Assembly (NCBI GenBank): GCA_964016885.1
Contig: OZ024742.1
Coordinates: 193,006,001 to 193,070,000, forward strand
DNA from: Eledone cirrhosa
Lineage: Eukaryota
Reading direction: 5' to 3'
DNA length: 64,000 nucleotides
Below, in pieces: positions 1 through 13,130 of this stretch (the first letter of the stretch is position 1; every line of letters starts with the position of its first letter). A program made the translations under genes and the position numbers. The notes under the pieces are model-generated. The model did no database searches and was not told where the DNA came from. It was given only the letters and a program-made list of their open reading frames with translations.

Positions 1-262
1 TTATCGCAAATCCCAGGAAACCCGCGTAATGGAGAAATACAAAAGATAGTACTAATGGGAACTGCCCATATACTAAGGAAGATTCTGTCAATATAAGTAC
101 ATCACAAGTCTAAACACTAAAGATGCATGTGTGAGTATGTATGTTCTTTCTTGAACATGGCGGACCTTGTTGTCTCTTGAGGTCACTGGTTGTGACTTGG
201 TGATAACTCGTATGAACATAAAGCAAGATAAATGCAACTGTAATAATAATAATAATAATAAT
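1..262 (+). mobile_element. 3' end of R4/Dong-type RLE non-LTR retrotransposon (ORF end 1-96, 3' UTR, (TAA)n tail)
   Basis: Frame 1 reads LSQIPGNPRNGEIQKIVLMGTAHILRKILSI*, the typical RLE C-terminal motif (compare QKTCLLGTARTLRYVLNI near 24300). It is followed by a 3' UTR and (TAA)n at ~241-262. Confidence 0.75.
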
Positions 263-451
263 AATTGTTTCTACTTTTGGCACAAGGCCAGTAATTACCC
301 AGTGCATTACTAGTACTTTATTTTATCGACCCCGTAAGGATGAAAGGCAAAGTAAACCTCGGCGGGATTTGTACTCAGAATGGCAAGGACCGTAACTCTA
401 TGCGTCAAAGCATGGCGTCCGACCCTCTACCGATACTGCCAATCCACCGCC
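263..451 (-). mobile_element. tRNA-derived SINE with Nin/Deu-like central domain (octopus OK-like)
   Basis: Reverse complement reads GGCGGTGGATTGGCAGTATCGGTAG (A box) ... GAGTACAAATCCCGCC (B-box-like) ... CTTTGCCTTTCATCCTTACGGGGTCGATAAAATAAAGTA ... GCCTTGTGCCAAAAGTAGAAACAATT. There are many copies in the window. Confidence 0.85.
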
Positions 452-452
452 T

Positions 453-505
<53 letters not shown>

Positions 506-1255
506 CTAATAATATTCTGTATCATATTACATTCATGACCATTTTCTTCTCAAATCCTGATCTAATTTATTAGCTAAGTTGTTGTGTTTGTTGTCTAGTC
601 TCACTCTTCAGTTTTAATAGATTGGATGTAAGATCAAAATCATTGCATACATTACCGTCACATAATCCTTTCATATATAGTATATCCCGGTTGAATATCT
701 ACATTTTCTTTTTTTAAAGATAATACGTTTGTAGCTCGAGGGTTTTTTTCATGCATGTTGTGGTTGATTAAACCACAAAAAATATCTATCGTTAGTTTAG
801 CGCAATATTGGATTGTTTAAATCTTTCTTTTAATTTTGATTTTCATATCACCATCTTGTTTTTATAAATAGATGTTTGCATTGATTCACACTGATATACA
901 CATATTGGGCCATATTAATATATTTACTTGTGTGGGGAAACTGTATCGACCAAACCGTACAGAAAATTATGTCGTTACTCAGTTAGGCATAAATGTATAA
1001 TCTACCATATATAGTACCGAGTTAGATGTGTCACTTGAAATAGAACCATTACCCTGGTGAGTCATATCGATTTCGCCAAAATAGATTTCTAGTGGTGTGT
1101 GTAATATATGAACAATCATCGTCAATTTTACTTAGGTTAAAATCAAAGTTCTTCAGAAAATATTTATGTTTATGGTATGACTGAATATAAATCATTACAA
1201 TCTCACTATTTCTTTGATAACAATATCTTTTGAAAAATGCTGTTTCATAGCGATG

Positions 1256-1900
1256 TTATATTCTTATTTCTACACTGTCCCGCATTACGTCTTATGCTAA
1301 ATACTACGTTCCAAGTTTTACAGATAGTTTGCAACCTTAGCTTGCAGACTATACATTTCCTATCAGCGCAGAGGCATGTTTGAAATGCGTATGTTTTACT
1401 AATTAAGGTGTTTATGGAAATACCTGGTCTTTGAACTATCTTAATATTTAGTTTGAGCTTGTCTAGGGTCTTTTTAAATCTGTAAGCTAGTTCGCCTATA
1501 GAGGTGTGTTGACGAACATTACAGCCTGGTATCTATTGCTATCATACCATGAGTTGATTTTATTTGCCTTATTCCTAATAATTTCTAGTCTGTTCCAATA
1601 TGTGCTACTATACATAGAGCAAGTTCCATTTGCATGATATTCTATGTAATATATATAGGTGAAACAGCTCGTAGCATAGGACAAAGGATAAATGGAAACT
1701 GGCGAGAACTCCAGGATGGAAAGAAATCATCAGTACTCCACCAAAAGAGAACATAGGCGCAAATTAAACAACATAGATATAAAAATTATATCCACACATA
1801 AAATATTCAATACTCAGACAAATCAAAGAGGTGAAATACATAAATGAACTCCAACCAAAATTAGACAGAAAACATGAGTGGAATAGCAACATCACAACTA
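1256..1900. mobile_element. Penelope-like element remnant (linker + GIY-YIG) with inverted 5' segment
   Basis: Minus strand ~1650-1256 encodes VMFVNTP../GELAYRFKKTLDKLKLNIKIVQRPG..CLCADRKCIVC..CKTWNVVFSI..CRNKNI. Plus strand from ~1652 continues YIGETARSIGQRI ... RQIKEVKYINELQPKLDRKHEW. Confidence 0.7.
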
Positions 1901-2134
1901 ATAATTAAGGACAAAATGAAGACATACAGGCACACACAAAAACCAAACTAACGAAACAAATGAGACACACACAAATAGAACAAACAAACAACTAGTGACA
2001 AGTAAATAAACAGATAATAAAAAAATAAAAAGCACACACACATCCGGATGTAACGCATGCGCAAACTAAGAAAAGAACACACAACAAACAAAAACAAAAT
2101 GGTGTTGGACAGAACAAATGATAGACACGAATGA

Positions 2135-4090
2135 ATTTTTTTAAATGAAAAAAACGAAATGTCCTAAACGAGTGAAAGTATTAGGAAAAGAAATCGAAAA
2201 TGCAACTGCAGTCTTTTTAAGGATATTTATTTGTTTCCTTTACCGATTTCACAGTTCTTTTGCCTTTAAAAAGTAGAATTGAGATGGAGGGTTTGTTGTT
2301 TTTCTCGCATCTGGTTGGTGTTCGAATGTTATTTCTGTTTTATGTGTTAAAAAGTTAATTTGGTTGTTTGAAGACTGTCACGTGAATAAGTATAATAAAT
2401 TTCGCGCCAGTTAACGTTACAAAGTTCTTATTGCATTTGCCTTTAAAAATGTGGCTCAAATTGTTTTTGTTTTTTTTTAATATATAAGTGAAATTTGTTT
2501 GGTTGATGACTGTCACGTGAATAAGTACTTCAACTTTCGCCCCAGTTCGTGTTTGAGGGCTCTTTATTGTCATTTTCACATAAAATGAGGATCAAATTGT
2601 TTTTTTTTATAAAAATAATTTGGTTTATTGATGACTGTCACGTGAAAAGGTACATCAGATTTCGAGCCAGTTCGTGTTTGGGGGTTCTTCGTTGCAGTTT
2701 TCACAGTCACATGATTTGTCATAGAGTGTTTTGTGCCAAACAAAAGATAAAGGTCAAAAAGAGAGGAGGAGAAATCGTTCTGGTTCAGAGAGTATGGATG
2801 ATGTGCTGAGGTGTCAAAATTCAAACTTTCTATTGAAATAAATTGTATGTTTCTGTCGATAGTGGTGGCGGCGGCGGTGGCGGCGGCAGTGTAGAAAATA
2901 GAAATATATATTTTTAAACTCACCCTCAGAAACGGGATGGCAATTCAATGCCAACAAATTACGAGGCCCTACCACAACACAGATTCCACTCAGTGTGCAT
3001 CTAGACATATGCGCAAACGATAAGACACCCAAATCCCAAGGCTTCCCAATTTATCTTTGCACTGACTATACAACAGATCAAATTCGTATAAATAAGGAAA
3101 ATATGTTTATACAAAAATTCAGAACAGCATTAAATATAGTTTAATATACATTAATATGTTAACACCATAACATGCTAACCAGCCATACATACAGACACAC
3201 ACACATAACACGCTCTTCTATATTCGAAAATAAGACCAGAGCTAAACATACATTAACATACGTTAATAGTTTAACACCTTAACATGCTAAACATACTGCC
3301 ACACACACATATGCTCACACATACATACATACACACACACATACACACACATACACACACATGCTTCTCCATTTCTACTAATGGAATCATTTTCCTACTC
3401 ACACACACGCGCGCGTGCGTGCGCACACACACGCACGCACACTTCTGCACACAAATAAACAAATATATTTCTATGTTCTAACCTGCCGCCGCCACCACCA
3501 CCATCACTATCGACACAAACATATAATTTATTTCAAAAGAAACCTCAGCACATCAGCCATACTCACTCAACCAGAATGATTTCCACCCCCCTCTCATTCT
3601 TTTGTTTGGCACAAAACACTCTATGACAAATCCCGCGCTTATTCACGAGACAGTCATGAACCAACCAAATTACATTTATAAAAAAAACGACAATTTGAGC
3701 CACATTTTTATGTGAAAATGGCAATAAAGCACCTGAAACGCGAACTAGCTCGAAAGTTGATACATTTATTCACGTGACAGTCATCAACCAACCAAATTTG
3801 ACTTTATATAAAATAAACAACAATTTGAGCCACATTTTTAAAGACAAATACAATAAGAACTTTATTATACTTATTCACGTGGCAGTCATCATCAAACCAA
3901 ATTACTTTTTTTTAAACCCAGCAATTCGAGCGAATTTTTTCACATAAATAACATTCGAACACCAACCAGATGCAAGGAAAACAACAAACTCGCCATCTCA
4001 ATTTGAAAAGCATAAGAACAGTGAAACCGGTAAAGGAAACAAATAAAAATTATTAAAAAGACTCCAGTTGCATTTTTGATTTCTTTTCCT
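2135..4090 (+). mobile_element. 5'-truncated Penelope-like element with inverted pseudo-LTR (arms ~2183-2914 and ~3461-4090)
   Basis: The two arms are reverse complements and contain GATGACTGTCACGTGAATAA subrepeats. The spacer (~2980-3140) encodes QIPLSVHLDICANDKTPKSQGFPIYLCTDYTTDQIRINKENMFIQKFRTALN, a GIY-YIG C-terminus. An HHR-like motif lies at 4002-4035. Confidence 0.7.
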
Positions 4091-4860
4091 CTAATATATA
4101 TATTATGTATATATTTTATATATATGTATATTTCATATATATATATATTTATACATATATATATTTATTTATACACAGACACACATATATAAATATGTAT
4201 ATATATATACATATATACATCTTTCAACAAATAACACAAAACTGACTGTTATATGATAAAATGATTTAAACTTGAAAGAAATATAAGCAACAACAAAAAC
4301 CCACCGAAAGAATAAAGAAAGTAGTTACATTAAGAATATTTCCTTCTTTTGTGTACCCTATGCTGTATTCTTTGTTATGTAAATGTTGTAGAAAGGTTTT
4401 GCCAAGAAAACATAACACTTAATTTGTTGTATTGGGGAAAAAGGTTTTTTTGACTTAATAACATTTACCAAGAGAAACACATATATCTGGAGATTGTTCG
4501 TAGATTTTATATTATCTATGAATGGAATTTCATCATGGCTTAGGAAATTAGATTCCCGGTGAAAAATAACAATATTGGGAAAAAAGGAATAATATATATA
4601 CGCGAAATTTCTCTGTACCTGTTTAATATATTTGATGGATTTGAAATAATAAAGGATACTGTAGAATTGATAGGTCTGAATGTATCCATTTGATTACATT
4701 TCTAGTATAAAAAGATAACATTTCTCCTGTTTACATGGACAAGTTTAACATACAACAATAGAGTAATGTGTACAACTTATGTATTGGCAACATCGTGAAT
4801 ATTTGTTGTAAGACTAAGTAGTAAAATAACTTTCTTTTCCTTTTCTATCTATCTATTTAT

Positions 4861-5690
4861 TACCCGGTTTAGAAGGTCTACCCTATGAGTTTTACATAGG
4901 CATGCTACACTTGTTCTCTGGCGTCCTCGAAGCGGTCTACTGCAACTGGCAGCAGAACGAGGGGGGGGGGATTCCCAGCTCTGTAGGCAGAGGTGTAGTA
5001 ACGCTGATGAGGAAAGATGAGAACAAGGGGGATGAGATAAGCAATTTCAGGCCCATAACTCTGCTCAACACAGAATTAAAGATTTTGGCTAAAGTATAAG
5101 CAACGAGGCTGGCGCTTGTCGAGAACCTGGTAGGGGAGGCGCAAACGTGTACAATCCCGACCAGGTCCATACACGACACCCTCCACCCCGTGCGATACAT
5201 TATAGATAGGGTAGGGTGTAAACCTGGCTTCGGTGTGGCTCTGATCAATTTAGATCAGTCTAAGGCATTTGATAGGGTCGACCATCAATACTTGGAAGCA
5301 GTTCTCAAGGCGGCCGGCTTCGGCCCGTCTTCAAAGGCTGGATCGCTGCCATGCACACCAGCATCTGCTCGGCAGTCAAGGTGAATGGCTACCTATCGGA
5401 GCCATTCCGAATTATGAGTTCCATCCGTCAGGGATGCCATCTCTCCTTCATCCTATATGTATTGACTCTCGAGCCGTTACTGCGGAATTTGGAGCTGTTG
5501 CAGGGCATCCCGATCGAACAAGGACTGCGGAAAGCAGCGTCGGCCTATGCCGAAGAGATAACCTTGATGGTGTCGAAAACCTCGGAAATCGGGATAATCG
5601 GCAACCTATTACAGGAATACGAGACGTTGACAGGAGCAATACTAAACCCAAGCAAGTCTGTCGGTTTGCAACTCGGCACACGGTGAGGCA
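4861..5690 (+). pseudogene. L1/Tx1-like LINE reverse transcriptase fragment
   Basis: Motifs PGLEGLPYE, NFRPITLLNTELKILAK, LINLDQSKAFDRVDH, SIRQGCHLS and SAYAEEIT, with stops and frameshifts. Same family as 15015-19733. Confidence 0.85.
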
Positions 5691-5768
5691 AACCCTCTTT
5701 AAAAAAAATGTTTGAAGTTTACTCAAACTGACATCACTTATTAGGCATCGCTCAAACGAATGGAAACG

Positions 5769-5769
<1 letters not shown>

Positions 5770-5817
<48 letters not shown>

Positions 5818-5850
5818 TCACACATACAGATATATATATGTGTGTGTGCT

Positions 5851-5945
<95 letters not shown>

Positions 5946-5978
5946 TCACACATACAGATATATATATGTGTGTGTGTT

Positions 5979-6035
<57 letters not shown>
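5770..6035. repeat. (TA)n microsatellite with duplicated CACTCACACATACAG unit
   Basis: Directly visible. Similar (TA)n/(CA)n tracts occur throughout (e.g. 6740-6930, 51165-51515, 55843-56150). Confidence 0.95.
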
Positions 6036-6038
<3 letters not shown>

Positions 6039-6252
6039 GGGGGTGTAACTAGGAGTCACTGCAGGTTCACCGGGGAGAGCACTCGATGTTTAGGTTCACT
6101 TCTGTGATGATGTGTAGAGCTATACATAATGTAATATATTGAAAGGATAACAAGGACGATTGATTATTCCTTCATTGCATTTATTGATAGGTGACGCGCG
6201 TTTCGCCACTGATCAGCTCAAGATTCGATCTATATCGATCCTACCCGACTCA
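6036..6252 (-). mobile_element. Non-coding PLE-type repeat with degenerate hammerhead motif
   Basis: Reverse complement contains CTGATCA GTGGC GAAAC GCGC GTC followed by AATAAA. A second family member is at ~24405-24540. Confidence 0.4.
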
Positions 6253-6740
<488 letters not shown>

Positions 6741-6777
6741 TATATATATGTGCATATGTATATATATATATACATAC

Positions 6778-6936
<159 letters not shown>

Positions 6937-7236
6937 ACAATTGCACAGAAGACAACGCACCAAAAGATTATCTACAATAAAGCTATAAGCTTAACGCTTA
7001 ATATTGTAGCAAAAGAGTCTCAGCGTTGGGGACACAAGTACATTACCAGGAGATAGAATGTATGCGGTGTTCATATACCGACACTGTCCCTCCTTTCATC
7101 TTATGCTATACACTACATTCATAGTTTACATTTAATATTTTGGCTTAAGATTGTTGCATGGGCTTTTGTTCAAACATAAATATTTCACAGAGGAATCACC
7201 CGCGCGCGCGCACACACACCTTCACACACACACACA

Positions 7237-7313
<77 letters not shown>

Positions 7314-8587
7314 TTATATATATATAGCGGCGATATATTTATATATATATATATATATATAGTGGCGATATATATATATAGCGGCGACATATTTATATAT
7401 CTGTTAGAACACGAAAAGTGTGAAACACAGAATGTTCACTTTTCGTGTTCTAACATATATGCCTAGCTTCTTTAAAAATTTTTCGGGGATAGCCGTGGTG
7501 GTGATCGTATGTCATTGGCTAATTTTCAACCAATCAGAGTACCTCTCTCTATATCTCTTCCACTGTTACTTACGCCTGTTTCTCTCTATCTGTTCCGTCT
7601 CTATTTATATCTCTTACTCTTTCGCTTTGCACTCCTCCCCTTCAATACCATCTCTCCCCCTCTCTATATATTTGTTACTCTATCGCTGCACGCTCCTCTC
7701 CTTCAATATATCAATTACACACGCTTTACACTCCTTTATCCCCAGCGCCCCTATATATACACCCCCTCTCCCGCATCTATATTTTAATGTACCGTTGCAC
7801 CGTGAATACATGTGTCTATATATATATATACATATATATTGTATATACACATTCATGTATGTGTATACACACTCATGTATGTATATACACTGGTTTTATG
7901 TGTGTATTGTAAATTTGTACTGTTAAAACACGAAACTAACATTCGATTGACACTTTGATTACCTGTACAGGCAATAGTTATTAGAATGCTGTTGAAGTGT
8001 GTATATATTTTTGGGGGACATCCTGTATATACACACATTATATATAATACAATAAACAGATAAATACACACATATATATATGAGCTTATTTAATTATAAA
8101 TATTGTGAATTTTTAACTCAGTTCAATTATATATATAAATGGCTTCTACAGGACTAGAACTGTTTCATTCGAAAGAAATCATCATAATATTGAGAGGGGG
8201 GACTAGATAAAATATTTCAAATCAAATGTGTATAAGTTATAAGTTAAAATGTATAAATAGAGACGATAGTGGAGGTATATCTGTTTAGTGGAACAGTAGA
8301 CGATAGAATTAAATACAGACGAGAATCTCCCTTTAATGAAACAGCAGACGATAGAATTAAGGCAATTTAAATTTTAAGCATTTGCATTTTTGCCTTTCAT
8401 CGTTACGGGGTCGATAAAATAAAGTACCAGTAATACACTGTCACTAGACGACTTTCAAATTGAATTGTTGGTTCCATTTCTTTAGTATTTTCAATTGTAG
8501 TTATCTACTTAAAAAGCGTTACACGGTTAGAGACATAATTCGTAAGTTATATCTTCCCTATTAAACCATTGCATTATTTCGCCTACA

Positions 8588-8773
8588 GGGCGGTGAATTG
8601 GCAGTATCGGTAGAGGGTTGGACGCCATGCTTTCTAGCATAGTTACGTCCCTTTACAGTCTGAGTTCAAATCGCGCCGAGGTTAACTTTGCCTTTCATCC
8701 TTACGGGGTCGATAAAATAAAGTACCAGTAATGTACTGGGTAATTTGCTGGCCTTGTGCCTAAAGTAGAAACA
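8588..8773 (+). mobile_element. tRNA/Nin-domain SINE, full length with 15-bp TSD
   Basis: Flanked by ATTATTTCGCCTACA at 8573-8587 and 8774-8788. B box GAGTTCAAATC. A partial copy is at ~8388-8440. Confidence 0.9.
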
Positions 8774-8997
8774 ATTATTTCGCCTACAATAGAACAAAAA
8801 TGAAATGTTCTTTAAAGAAACAGGAATATAACTTTATAAAAAAAAAAGTTGCATCCGCTTCTTTTATCATTGATAATTTTTTCGTTTTAATATTAATTGT
8901 TTTTTGCAGTTGTTTATATTAAAAATCTTACTGTAATATTTACTTAAACGAAGGCAAACATCTAAACTTATAGATTAATCTTGAGCGAAGGACTAGA

Positions 8998-9106
<109 letters not shown>

Positions 9107-9489
9107 GAAGAATGATAAAATTTCAAGCAAAGAGTTTAATTAGGTATATTTTGTAATATTATTAACTAATTATTATAATTAACGCGCATATTTTGCTATC
9201 CTCAAACACGTTTACACATGGCATGAAATATAACTAATCCGAGATGGCTAGGTTTCATCTTCTAACTGGATAAACGAAATCCATTATGTCTTGACAACAA
9301 CATGAGGTAACATTATGTTATTCACAGACACACTTTGTACACTGTTCCATATCAGAATGTATTTCCTTCGTCACATTCACAAACAGTATTGAAAATATGT
9401 TCTTCGGCAAATAAAAATGTTTTGTTCATAATATTTCAACTAGCGATTGCTCTACTTCACGCACGACCACCATAAATTAATGACCAGCT

Positions 9490-9665
9490 CAACACAAGTA
9501 TTGGTAGAGCGTCAGACACCATGCTTTGCAGTATTGTTATGGTCCTTTGCATTCTAAGTTCAAATCCTGCCGAGGTTAACTTCGACTTTCATACTTACTA
9601 ATTCGATAAAATAAAGTACCAGTAATGGACTGCCGTAATGGATTTGTGCCGAAAAATAGAAACAC
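9490..9665 (+). mobile_element. Diverged tRNA/Nin-domain SINE
   Basis: AAGTTCAAATCCTGCCGAGGTTAACTTCGACTTTCAT...CGATAAAATAAAGTACCAG. Confidence 0.75.
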
Positions 9666-10219
9666 TATTAATGTGCAATAAGAGCAAAATATAACGACAT
9701 TGCTCAATTATTTTATCTAATGTTGTAATAACACAAGGAAATGTTGTTTGTGTATTTTTTTTTATATTTGCTCATAGGCTTTTACAATTTCGCTCAGCCA
9801 ACAACTATTAAAAAGTGAGTTGCTTAAGATAACAATTTAATCACAAATTGTTGCTATCTTTTAATACACTCCAACAAGTCATCAAATTATGTACAATAAA
9901 AACAAATCTTATTAATTTGCTCAGGGAATATAAAGAAAATGTATATACACTGATAATTGCAAATGTATGTAAATATTTTGTTTTTGTATTGTATATTTTA
10001 TGTTTTCTATTATGTATAATATATTGATTTAATATTGATTGTTTTTTGTAGTTGTTTATATTAAAAGTCTGAAAATATTTTTATACATCTTACACTAATA
10101 TTTATAAGATAATTTATAATAACAATTACATAATCTAATTACATTACAACGATAATTTATTATTAATATATATCCTGTTTAACTAGAGTTATTACAAGCG
10201 TTGCCTTAAAAAAATATTA

Positions 10220-11178
10220 AACTAGACATGAAAAATGCGCAAGCTCAAAAGTGCCACAGAATGTTATAATAAACCTTCAAAAGTGTGGGACTAGAGTTGT
10301 TGCTAAAAAATATTGTAATCATTATATATCGTACATTCTGTGGCATCCTTTATAAAAATAGCTTAAACCAACGAAGCCTTTATTTTTACGCTATTTCACT
10401 TAGTTAATTCTTAGAGTGTAACATATAAAAAATAAATACATCTATGTTTAATGTAATAACAGCTATAAATAATTACGTAATATTATTATCATATACTCAT
10501 AGTAACAAAATAATTGTGTTGAAACTTAATATGATGCTTATATGAACGATCAAATCTATAATGATAATTTCTTAAATATACTAATAGTAAAATAATTTAG
10601 TTATCTATTGTTACATTTTCATAGAACTATAATATTAACAATCGTATTGCATTATCAAATTTTTATCACTACAAACTTTCATATTGGAATTACCTTAAGC
10701 CACTTATTATTACTTCGCTTTCGTACTTTTACAGCTGTAGATATTGCGCTGTATCTTATATCTAATATCAATATCTCGTGGTAATTTGCATGAAGTGTAA
10801 AATAGGTTTATTAATAACTTTAATATGAAATGTATTATACAGGGCTGCGGAGTCGGTCAAAAATTGACTGGCTCCAACTCAGGATCCGATACTCCATTAT
10901 TTCCTAAATTTCAGCTCCGCAGCTCTGTTATTATATTAATTAATTTATTTTATAGTTGTAAATCATATTTTTATATGTTACACTCTAAGAATTAACTAAG
11001 TGAAATAGCGTAAAAATAAAGGCTTCGTTGGTTTAAGCTATTTTTATAAAGGATGCCACAGAATGTACGATATATAATGATTACAATATTTTTTAGCAAC
11101 AACTCTAGTCCCACACTTTTGAAGGTTTATTATAACATTCTGTGGCACTTTTGAGCTTGCGCATTTTTCATGTCTAGT
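10220..11178. repeat. Near-perfect ~210-bp inverted duplication (10220-10431 vs 10967-11178)
   Basis: ACTAGACATGAAAAATGCGC...CTTAGAGTGTAACATATAAAAA recurs as its reverse complement. Confidence 0.85.
10840..10927. mobile_element. hAT-like MITE (88 bp)
   Basis: TIRs CAGGGCTGCGGAG / CTCCGCAGCTCTG. The 8-bp flanks GTATTATA / TTATTATA match 7/8 as a TSD. Confidence 0.65.
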
Positions 11179-11274
11179 ATATATATATATATATATAGCG
11201 GCGATGAATTGTTGCATGGGTTCAACCATAAATATTTCACAGAGGAATCATCCGCGCGCGCACACACACATTCA

Positions 11275-11359
<85 letters not shown>

Positions 11360-11370
11360 ACACACATATT

Positions 11371-11401
<31 letters not shown>

Positions 11402-11569
11402 CAATATTTATATTTATATATGTTTGATATAACTATAAATATGTAGCGTAGTAATAAATTCTAGCCGGTTATCGGTATGACAAAAGGCTCAATGCAAATG
11501 TTCATGTGTTTTACAGAGCCGAGATAGAAATTGTTAAAACGATCAAATTTTAGTTTAGAACATTTATTA

Positions 11570-11614
11570 GCTGACAATTGTTTCTTCCAGAGGGAAGTCT
11601 GGATTCATCGGAGC
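11570..11614 (-). ncRNA. Type I hammerhead ribozyme of PLE pLTR (U4C core change)
   Basis: Reverse complement: GCT CCGATGA A TCCAGA cttccc TCTGGA A GAAAC AATT GTC AGC, then TAATAAA. It is sense to the GIY-YIG ORF. Confidence 0.65.
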
Positions 11615-12602
11615 ATAAGGAATGTCGAAAACATGTAACTAGAATCCTAGTCATTTAGAACATTTACGGTACATAATTGTTATTAGTGTCAAAGGCATCA
11701 TGTGGAGCGTCAGGAGTTAAAAAGATGTTCCGCTTGAAATAACACAATTACATGCATCACTGGTTGAAAGTGTAATAGGTATAAGCAAAAATAAAAAGCA
11801 CAAGCAGAAAAACACAGGCAGAAAAACACGGACAAAGAAGTTATAAGCAAGGACAATTGGTGTACAATGCAGGAGTCAATAATGCATGTATGAGGAAAGA
11901 GTTATAATGCAGTTGAAATAAACATATTTTGTGTGGGGTGTTAAAGCATGTTATAATTGTTATATATGTTTAAGGTAGTGTGCAATTTGTTAGAGAGGCA
12001 TGTGGTGATAATGTGGGTATTTTTTTTATGTAAGGTGTAATGCAAAGCACGTGATAGAGTGGATATGTGATTTTCATTTAAGTGTTATTCTGTTGTAGTT
12101 CATATTTATGTGCATGTGTTATTTGTTACTCACAGCTATTAACCGTGGGATTATTTTAAGTCGTTTATAGTCAATAAGTGTTTGTTTGTTAAATGTATAT
12201 TCCTCCGAATTGTTGTTATTAAATTTTTTGTTATTAATTTTTTATCAACAAATTATCTTTTCTAGGGTTTGTATTAACCATTATTAAGCTGTTGGTGAAC
12301 CATTAGGTTGCTTAATTTTATAAGTTTACACAGGAAGTTGTAAAGGGGGATAATACCAAAGGGCGGTAATTAAGGTTGTTGATAAATTAAGGGTTGCTAT
12401 AATATTGTGGTAGTGATATAAATTATTCTATATAGAGTATATAAAATATAAAATATTCTTGGTTATATAATTGTTATCTTTTAAACCTGTGTGGCGAGGG
12501 GTTAACAACATTTTTTAAATTTAGTTTAATATAACTAGATAGTTTTTACATAGTTAGTATATGCATGTATAATATAAGGTGTATACATATGTGTGATAAT
12601 AT

Positions 12603-13008
12603 AGTGGCTGCCAACTCGTTTTCGAGTACGGCCACTACTTTATATCCATGTAGGAGAACCCCTACCGATGCGCTGAACGAGTGTGACTTTTAAGTCCAGC
12701 CAGCGACTTGAAAACTCTGGTACAAACACTACACTTATGACAATTATCGACACAGTCGACAATTATCGGTACCATGTGACGACAAGTGCAGAGAGATCTC
12801 CAGATACAAAGCAATGCCTGTGCCGTGAAGCTTTTATAGTGAGCAAAGGCAATGCATAAAGCCAGTCCCACTCTCTTAACCAAGATGATATTTACTAAAA
12901 AGAAGAACGAGTCAACATCATTGGATACCATCAGGGCTGCAGGTGTTATATCAGAGTTTTCCTTCTCCTAGAATTCTGCCTTGACAAAGGCTAAGGGGTC
13001 ATCTATCC
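12603..13008 (-). mobile_element. Bipartite RTE-derived non-autonomous element (5'-truncated copy)
   Basis: The minus strand ends in an RTE-type C2H2 finger HKCSVCTRVFKSLAGLKSHTRSAHR* followed by TACTCGAAAACGAGTTGGCAGCCAC. The 5' part has the AGGAGAAGGAAAACTCTGAT motif. Homologous to 46226-47373. Confidence 0.7.
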
Positions 13009-13034
13009 CGTATACATATATACACACATATTCG

Positions 13035-13130
<96 letters not shown>

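Noticed and set aside
2183-4090. Foldback/Mutator DNA transposon with long TIRs
   Set aside because: The spacer encodes a GIY-YIG C-terminus and the arms carry an HHR-like motif, and no TSD was seen. An inverted-pLTR Penelope element fits better.
7985-8028. Tc1/mariner-type TIR (TACAGGATGTCCCCCAAAA on minus strand)
   Set aside because: No partner TIR was found, so element boundaries cannot be supported.
8588-8680. tRNA gene
   Set aside because: The A/B boxes belong to a SINE head with a TSD, and there is no intact cloverleaf.
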